Below, piece after piece: positions 58,423 through 64,000 of a stretch of 64,000 bases of DNA. Position 1 is the first letter of the stretch, and every line of letters begins with the position of its first letter. The position numbers were made by a program, and so were the translations under genes. The stretch is from Firmicutes bacterium UBA3570 (GTDB lineage: Bacteria > Bacillota > Sulfobacillia > UBA3561): positions 8,587 to 72,586 of the forward strand of contig DFNJ01000027.1 in NCBI GenBank assembly GCA_002376005.1, given 5' to 3'. Under the pieces are notes generated by a model that saw only the letters and a list, made by a program, of their open reading frames with translations, was not told the DNA's origin and made no database searches.

Positions 58423-59826
58423 ATGGCATCATATCACTTCATAGGAATCGGCGGCGTGGGAATGAGCGGGATAGCCCAACTGCTGCTTCAGATGGGACAC
58501 CGGGTATCGGGGTCCGACGTCCGGGAGTCGGAGATAACCCTGCGGCTGGAGCGCATGGGTGCCCGCATCTTCATCGGACACCGCCCGGACAACCTGCCGA
58601 TGGTGGACGAGGTGGTGGTCTCCAGCGCCATACCCCCGGAGAACGTGGAGCTGCAGGAGGCCAGGCGCCGGGGGATTCCCATCCGCCATCGGGGGGACAT
58701 GCTAGCCCGCCTGATGCAGGAGCAACAGGGGATCGCCATCGCTGGCTGCCACGGCAAGACCACCACCACCTCGCTGATCGCCCTCATCCTGGAGCACGCG
58801 GGAATGGATCCCTCGGTGCTCATCGGGGGGGAGCTGCATGACATTGGCGGTAACGCTAAGATGGGTCAGGGTACGTACCTGGTGGCAGAGACCGACGAGA
58901 GCGACGGCTCCTTCCTGAAGCTGAGGCCCCGCTGGGCGGTGATCACCAACATCGACCGAGACCACCTGGATCACTATGGCGGCAACTTCGGTCGGCTGAA
59001 AGAGGCCTTCGCTAAGTTTGCCTCACTGGTGCATCCCGATGGCGGGCTGGTGGCCTGTTTTGACGATCCCCACGTGCGGGAGGCCGCGCGAGGTGCTCGC
59101 TGCCGGGTGGTCTCCTACGCATTGGATCATCCGGGGGCAAAGTACGGCGCGGACGAGCTGAGACTGGGTGCGGACAGTAGCAGCTTCCTGATGTTGCGCG
59201 GTGACCGACCCTTGGGCCGGGTGAATCTGTCGGTGACCGGCCGGCACAACGTGCAGAACGCCCTGGCCTCGGCTGCTCTAGCCTACGAGCTGGGGGTGGA
59301 CTTGGACAGCATCAGGCGGGCATTGCGCCAGTTCCGCGGGGCTCGCCGTAGGTTCGAGCGGCAGGGCCAAGTTCAGGGGGTCACGGTGATCGACGATTAC
59401 GCGCATCATCCCACGGAAGTGGTGGCCACCATCCGGGCAGCGCGCCTGCTCAAACCGCGCAAGCTGATATGCCTCTTCCAGCCTCACCGTTACACCCGGA
59501 CGCAACTGCTGGGCCCTGAACTGGGCCAGGCGCTGGCCGAGGCGGATCTGGCGGTGGTGGTCCCCATATATGCGGCCGGGGAGAGGCCGCTGGAAGGGGT
59601 CGATGCGCGGCGGGTGGTGGAAGGAGCACGGGCCCGGGGCGGCCGTGCGCGGTACTGTGCCGGTATTGATGAGGCGGTGAGCCTGGTGGTGGAGGAAGTG
59701 GAGCCAGGGGATGTGGTCATCACCATGGGAGCGGGAGACGTCTGGCAGGCCGCCCCACGGATACTGCGCGCCCTGGAGCGCAGGTATCTGGAGGGAGACC
59801 GCTGCCGGTTCCGGGCGTCGAGCTGA
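58423..59826 (+). CDS. murC: UDP-N-acetylmuramate--L-alanine ligase
   Basis: [39 protein letters not shown]. Confidence 0.97.
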   Translation: MASYHFIGIGGVGMSGIAQLLLQMGHRVSGSDVRESEITLRLERMGARIFIGHRPDNLPMVDEVVVSSAIPPENVELQEARRRGIPIRHRGDMLARLMQEQQGIAIAGCHGKTTTTSLIALILEHAGMDPSVLIGGELHDIGGNAKMGQGTYLVAETDESDGSFLKLRPRWAVITNIDRDHLDHYGGNFGRLKEAFAKFASLVHPDGGLVACFDDPHVREAARGARCRVVSYALDHPGAKYGADELRLGADSSSFLMLRGDRPLGRVNLSVTGRHNVQNALASAALAYELGVDLDSIRRALRQFRGARRRFERQGQVQGVTVIDDYAHHPTEVVATIRAARLLKPRKLICLFQPHRYTRTQLLGPELGQALAEADLAVVVPIYAAGERPLEGVDARRVVEGARARGGRARYCAGIDEAVSLVVEEVEPGDVVITMGAGDVWQAAPRILRALERRYLEGDRCRFRASS

Positions 59827-59827
59827 G

Positions 59828-60754
59828 ATGGGGGGTTTCGCACCGGAGGTCAGGAGGTTGCGTACGATGGTGCGGGGTCGGCTTCTAGAAGGGGAGCCGA
59901 TGTCCCGGCACACTTCCCTGCGAGTGGGCGGACCGGCCCGGATGATGCTGCTGGCTCGCGACGTCGATGACGTGGTCGCGGCGACGAGCTGGGCGCGGGA
60001 AGAGGACTGGCCCTGTCTGGTGATTGGCCTGGGGACCAATCTGCTGGTAAGCGACCAGGGCTTCCCTGGCCTGGTGGTGAAGACCCACCCGGGACTGGGC
60101 CAGACAGTGTGGGAGGAGGAGTCAGTTCGGGTGGAAGCGGGCAGTAGCCTGGCCTCCCTGGCCCGGGAGGCCATAGGCCGGGGTCGGGCGGGCCTGGAGT
60201 TCGCGGTGGGCATCCCCGGCACCGTGGGCGGTGCCCTCGTCGGCAATGCGGGAGCCCATGGCCACAGTTTGGGGGAACTGGTACTGGAGGCGGAAGTGCT
60301 CACCGACCAGGGAGAACGGCGGACGTGGCCTCCGGGGAAACTGGAGTTCGGCTACCGCACCAGCTCCTTGCAAAGACTCGCCGCGGTGGTCCTCAGCGTA
60401 CGCCTGAGGCTGGGCCATGAGGAACGGGACCGGCTGCGCGCCCGGGCGGAGGAGTTTCTACGCCGGCGCCGACGGAGTCAGCCGCTGGGCCAGCCCAGCG
60501 CGGGGTGCGTTTTCCGCAACCCTCCCGGTCGAAGTGCCGGTGAGCTTCTGGATCGTTGCGGATTGAAGGGGATGAAGCGGGGGGGCGCCGAGGTATCGTC
60601 CGTGCACGCCAACTTCATCATCAACCGGGGAGGCGCCACGGCAGCCGATGTGCTGGAGCTGATGCGGCGCATGCGGGAGGCAGTCTGCCAGCGTTTCGGC
60701 GTCCTGCTTGAGCCTGAAGTTCGAACGGTGGGTTTTGAGGAGCCGGTCTGGTGA
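59828..60754 (+). CDS. murB: UDP-N-acetylenolpyruvoylglucosamine reductase
   Basis: [42 protein letters not shown]. Confidence 0.96.
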   Translation: MGGFAPEVRRLRTMVRGRLLEGEPMSRHTSLRVGGPARMMLLARDVDDVVAATSWAREEDWPCLVIGLGTNLLVSDQGFPGLVVKTHPGLGQTVWEEESVRVEAGSSLASLAREAIGRGRAGLEFAVGIPGTVGGALVGNAGAHGHSLGELVLEAEVLTDQGERRTWPPGKLEFGYRTSSLQRLAAVVLSVRLRLGHEERDRLRARAEEFLRRRRRSQPLGQPSAGCVFRNPPGRSAGELLDRCGLKGMKRGGAEVSSVHANFIINRGGATAADVLELMRRMREAVCQRFGVLLEPEVRTVGFEEPVW

Positions 60755-62028
60755 TGGAAAGTTATATCATTACAGGGGGCTACAGGTTGAGCGGGGTGGT
60801 CCGTGCTAGCGGGGCCAAGAACGCGGTATTGCCCATGCTGGCAGGTACCGTACTGACTGCACGCAAGTGCATCATCCGCGGAGCCCCCCGCCTCCGCGAC
60901 GTCACCGTCATGTCAGACATACTGCGCCTCCTGGGGGCCGAGGTGCACTGGGCGACGGTACCTGGCCAGGAACCGGCCCTGGTGGTGGATCCCTCTCGCC
61001 TGGTCAACTATCAGGTGGAGGAGAGCCTCACCCGCGAGATGCGCTCGTCCATCTTTCTCATGGGGCCGCTGCTGGGAAGGATGGGTCGGGTGCGGGTGGC
61101 TTACCCCGGGGGGTGTGCCATCGGCCCGCGACCCATCGACCTGCACCTGCGCGGCCTGGCGGCGCTGGGTGCGCGGATTCGGGAAAAGTTCGGCTTCATT
61201 TACGCGGAAGCACCCCGCCTGGTGGGGACGGAGATCCACCTGGACTTTCCCAGCGTCGGCGCTACCGAGAACATCATGATGGCCGCGGTGCTCGCGGAAG
61301 GCACCACGGTGATCCGCAATGCGGCCAAGGAACCGGAGATCGTCGATTTGCAGAATTTCCTCAATGGCATGGGAGCGCGGATAAAGGGGGCCGGGACCGA
61401 CGTGATACGGATCGAGGGAACCGACCGCCTCGGGGGCACTGAACATCAGGTGATCCCCGATCGCATTGAGGTGGGCACGTTTTTGGTGGCGGCGGCCATC
61501 ACCGGGGGAGAACTGGTCATTGAAAACGTGATTCCTGAACACGTGGAGTCGGTGTGCGCCAAACTGCGAGAGACGGGATGCCAGGTGGGCGAGGAAGGCT
61601 GCGGTCGACTGCGCATCAGGGCGCCGCGGCGTCCCAAGGCAGTGGATATCAAGACCCTTCCATACCCGGGCTTTCCCACCGACATGCAGCCACAGATGAT
61701 GGCCCTGATGTGCGTCGCGGACGGGACCAGCGTGATCACCGAGACCGTGTTCGAGAACCGGTTCAAGCAAGCAGAAGAGCTGCGGCGCATGAGTGCTAAC
61801 ATCAAGACCGATGGGCGAACCGCGGTGGTAAAGGGGGTGGCGGCGCTGTCCGGAGCCACGGTGGAGGTCAGCGACCTTCGCAGCGGCGCTGCGCTGGTAC
61901 TGGCTGGTCTGGTGGCGGAGGGGATCACCCGCGTGGAGGGAGTGCACCACGTGGATCGCGGGTACGAGTGCTTCGAGGAGAAGCTCCGGGCGGTGGGGGC
62001 GCGGATTAAGCGGGTGAGCGACGGCTGA
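60754..62028 (+). CDS. murA: UDP-N-acetylglucosamine 1-carboxyvinyltransferase
   Basis: GAKNA.LP, PGGCAIGPRP.D.H, SVGATEN, PGFPTDMQ, FENRF, DRGY. Confidence 0.97.
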   Translation: MESYIITGGYRLSGVVRASGAKNAVLPMLAGTVLTARKCIIRGAPRLRDVTVMSDILRLLGAEVHWATVPGQEPALVVDPSRLVNYQVEESLTREMRSSIFLMGPLLGRMGRVRVAYPGGCAIGPRPIDLHLRGLAALGARIREKFGFIYAEAPRLVGTEIHLDFPSVGATENIMMAAVLAEGTTVIRNAAKEPEIVDLQNFLNGMGARIKGAGTDVIRIEGTDRLGGTEHQVIPDRIEVGTFLVAAAITGGELVIENVIPEHVESVCAKLRETGCQVGEEGCGRLRIRAPRRPKAVDIKTLPYPGFPTDMQPQMMALMCVADGTSVITETVFENRFKQAEELRRMSANIKTDGRTAVVKGVAALSGATVEVSDLRSGAALVLAGLVAEGITRVEGVHHVDRGYECFEEKLRAVGARIKRVSDG

Positions 62029-62072
62029 GGACAGACGATCTCGCAGCAGGGGCGGGGGAGGCCTGGTATCTG

Positions 62073-62849
62073 TTGGCGAATCGCAACCGCCGGAGGCGGA
62101 GCCATCTGCTCTTCGGGTGGACGAGAACCCCAGGGACCTGGCGGGCGGTGACGGCGCTGCTGGTGGCTTGCTGCTTTGGGGTGCTGGGCTGGTGGGTCTG
62201 GTCCACCGAGGCGCTGCGGGTTCAGCGGGTGGAGGTGGTGGGGGCGGTACGGCTCGACCCCGAGACGCTCAGGATGCAGGCCCACGTGCGGCTGGGCCAG
62301 CACTACTTCCTGGTTCCGGTGGGTGAGATTCGGCGACAGCTGAGGGCCAATCCTCTGGTGAAGGAAGTGTCGGTGAGCAGGAAATGGGGAGGGACGTTGC
62401 TCATCACGGTACAGGAGAGGGCTCCTCTGGCCGCCGTATGCCTGAGTGGGGGTTTCGCGGAAGTGGACGAAGACGGAGTGGTGGTAGGTGTTCGTAGCCA
62501 CTGGAGAGAAGGCCATAGCCTGCCGGTGATAACGGGCCTTGACTTTCAAACTTATGCTATAGGACAAGCCTTACCCGCTGAAGGACTGGATTGGGCCCTG
62601 CGGGTGGTGGGGTTAATGCAACCGCGCTGGCGCGAACAGCTGGGGGAGGTACACGTGCGGGGAGAGACCCTCACCCTCTATTTTCGGGGGGGCACTGCCG
62701 TCTTCTTGGGGGAAGCGGATGCTCAGCTGCCGGACAGAATCGCCACCCTGGAGGCCATCCTCGAAGATGCGGTGCAATCAGGATTGACCCTGGCGTGGGT
62801 GGATCTTCGGTATCGGGGAAAGCCGGTGGTGAAGCCGCGGCCGCCGTGA
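62073..62849 (+). CDS. ftsQ: Cell division protein FtsQ/DivIB
   Basis: TM helix, POTRA domain (V..VEV.G...P.V..V.V.R..P-like), V.ER.P.A, DLR. Confidence 0.85.
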   Translation: MANRNRRRRSHLLFGWTRTPGTWRAVTALLVACCFGVLGWWVWSTEALRVQRVEVVGAVRLDPETLRMQAHVRLGQHYFLVPVGEIRRQLRANPLVKEVSVSRKWGGTLLITVQERAPLAAVCLSGGFAEVDEDGVVVGVRSHWREGHSLPVITGLDFQTYAIGQALPAEGLDWALRVVGLMQPRWREQLGEVHVRGETLTLYFRGGTAVFLGEADAQLPDRIATLEAILEDAVQSGLTLAWVDLRYRGKPVVKPRPP

Positions 62850-62903
62850 AGGGTAGTTGTGGTGAGCGTGGAATTCTCTGGCAAGGACGCGGGAGTGTGG
62901 CCG

Positions 62904-64000
62904 ATGGCCCAAGCCGAACTGATAGCAGGATTGGATATGGGGACGCGAAAGATGACCTGCCTCATTGGCCAGGTGGACGAGGCCGGCAAGGTGACGGTCA
63001 TGGGGGTGGGTACTGGTCCTTCTGCGGGCATGCGCAAAGGGGTGGTGGTGGACATCGAGGGGGCGGCCCGCGCCGCCCAGCGCGTGGTGCAGAATGCCCA
63101 GCGGATGGCAGGAGTTCAGGTGCGTTCCCTTTACTTGGCGGTTACCGGTGGTCGCATCACGTCGGTAAACAACCGGGGCATGGTGGCGGTGGCTCGTGCT
63201 GACCGGGAGATCACGCGGGAGGACGTAAGCCGGGTGATGGAGGCAGCAAGGGTAATCAATGTGCCCCCCGATTTCGAAATCATCCATGCCCTACCGAGGC
63301 AGTTCGTGGTGGACGGTTACGACGGGGTGACCGATCCGGTGGGAATGGTGGGCGTCCGGCTGGAGGTGGAGGCCCACATCGTGATGGGCCTCGTGACATC
63401 ATTGGAGAACGTCATGCGCAGCGTGTACAAGGCGGGCCTGGAAGTGGAAGGGTTGGTCCTGGCGCCGCTGGCGGCTGGCGAGGCCGTGCTGCAGCCTGCG
63501 GAAAGGGAACTGGGCGTGGTGCTGGTGGACGTGGGCGGTGGCACCACCGACGTGGCCCTGTTTGACCAGGGCAGCATATACTTCGCCAGCATTCTCCCCG
63601 TGGGAGGGGACCACGTCACCAGTGACATCGCAGTGGGGCTCCGGACTCCTCTGGACGTGGCGGAACGGCTGAAGAAAGAGTACGGGTGCGCGCGGCGGGA
63701 GCAGGCTTCCGGAGAAGTTACCTTTGAGGTGACCAGTGTGGGAGGTAGCAGCCAGAAGCAGGTGGACCAAAGGACCCTGGCGGGGATAGTGGAGCCCCGA
63801 GTGCAGGAGATATTCAGCCTGGTTGGCGACGAACTGGCCAAGGCCCGTTATAACCGTACCATTCCCGGAGGGGTGGTGCTGACGGGGGGCATGGCTGAGC
63901 TGGAAGGAATCGTGGAGCTGGCGGAGCAGGTGTTGGACATGCCGGTGCGGTTGGGAATTCCTCAGGGTGTCAGCGGGCTGACCGACATGGTCCGCAGCCC
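62904..64000 (+). CDS. ftsA: Cell division protein FtsA (partial, runs off window)
   Basis: Translated by eye: MAQAELIAGLDMGTRK..G.RKGVVVDI, DPVGM.GVRLE, DVGGGTTD, GG.HVT.DIA, GVVLTGG. Confidence 0.95.
   Translation, partial: MAQAELIAGLDMGTRKMTCLIGQVDEAGKVTVMGVGTGPSAGMRKGVVVDIEGAARAAQRVVQNAQRMAGVQVRSLYLAVTGGRITSVNNRGMVAVARADREITREDVSRVMEAARVINVPPDFEIIHALPRQFVVDGYDGVTDPVGMVGVRLEVEAHIVMGLVTSLENVMRSVYKAGLEVEGLVLAPLAAGEAVLQPAERELGVVLVDVGGGTTDVALFDQGSIYFASILPVGGDHVTSDIAVGLRTPLDVAERLKKEYGCARREQASGEVTFEVTSVGGSSQKQVDQRTLAGIVEPRVQEIFSLVGDELAKARYNRTIPGGVVLTGGMAELEGIVELAEQVLDMPVRLGIPQGVSGLTDMVRS

Overview
High-GC chromosomal window from an anaerobic, spore-forming Bacillota-type bacterium (inferred from yunB, bofC, spoIID-like, spoVD and sigma-H/F/G-like promoters). 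1-6.5 kb is a decaying accessory region: a broken HExxH metallopeptidase-like gene, a lone IS21-type end, an MNT-HEPN pair with a frameshifted HEPN, an ECF-promoter-driven unknown protein, an ABC exporter and a SPASM-like Cys-rich relic. Next come polX-DUF421-ogt-thioredoxin-like-mutS2, and on the opposite strand moeB-like E1/JAMM/nadE/yebC/PBP1A. These are followed by an IS1182 relic, rseC, a second MNT-HEPN pair, yunB, tyrS (short, highly structured non-T-box leader) and bofC-ruvCAB-queH-DUF2905-spoIID-queA-(PsiE/CorC)-tgt-yajC. An ~11 kb GntR-led operon encodes a contiguous glutamate -> 2-oxoglutarate -> succinyl-CoA -> methylmalonyl-CoA -> propionyl-CoA route ending in a Na+-pumping decarboxylase. 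The rest holds a catalytically dead GH18, ASCH, 5-FCL, a DUF2089/DUF4097 envelope-stress-type operon, a GlcNAc-kinase-like gene and the dcw cluster (mraZ to partial ftsA, lacking murD). No rRNA, tRNA or CRISPR array was seen. All family calls come from motif recognition, not database searches. Start codons were adjusted by eye using SD spacing.
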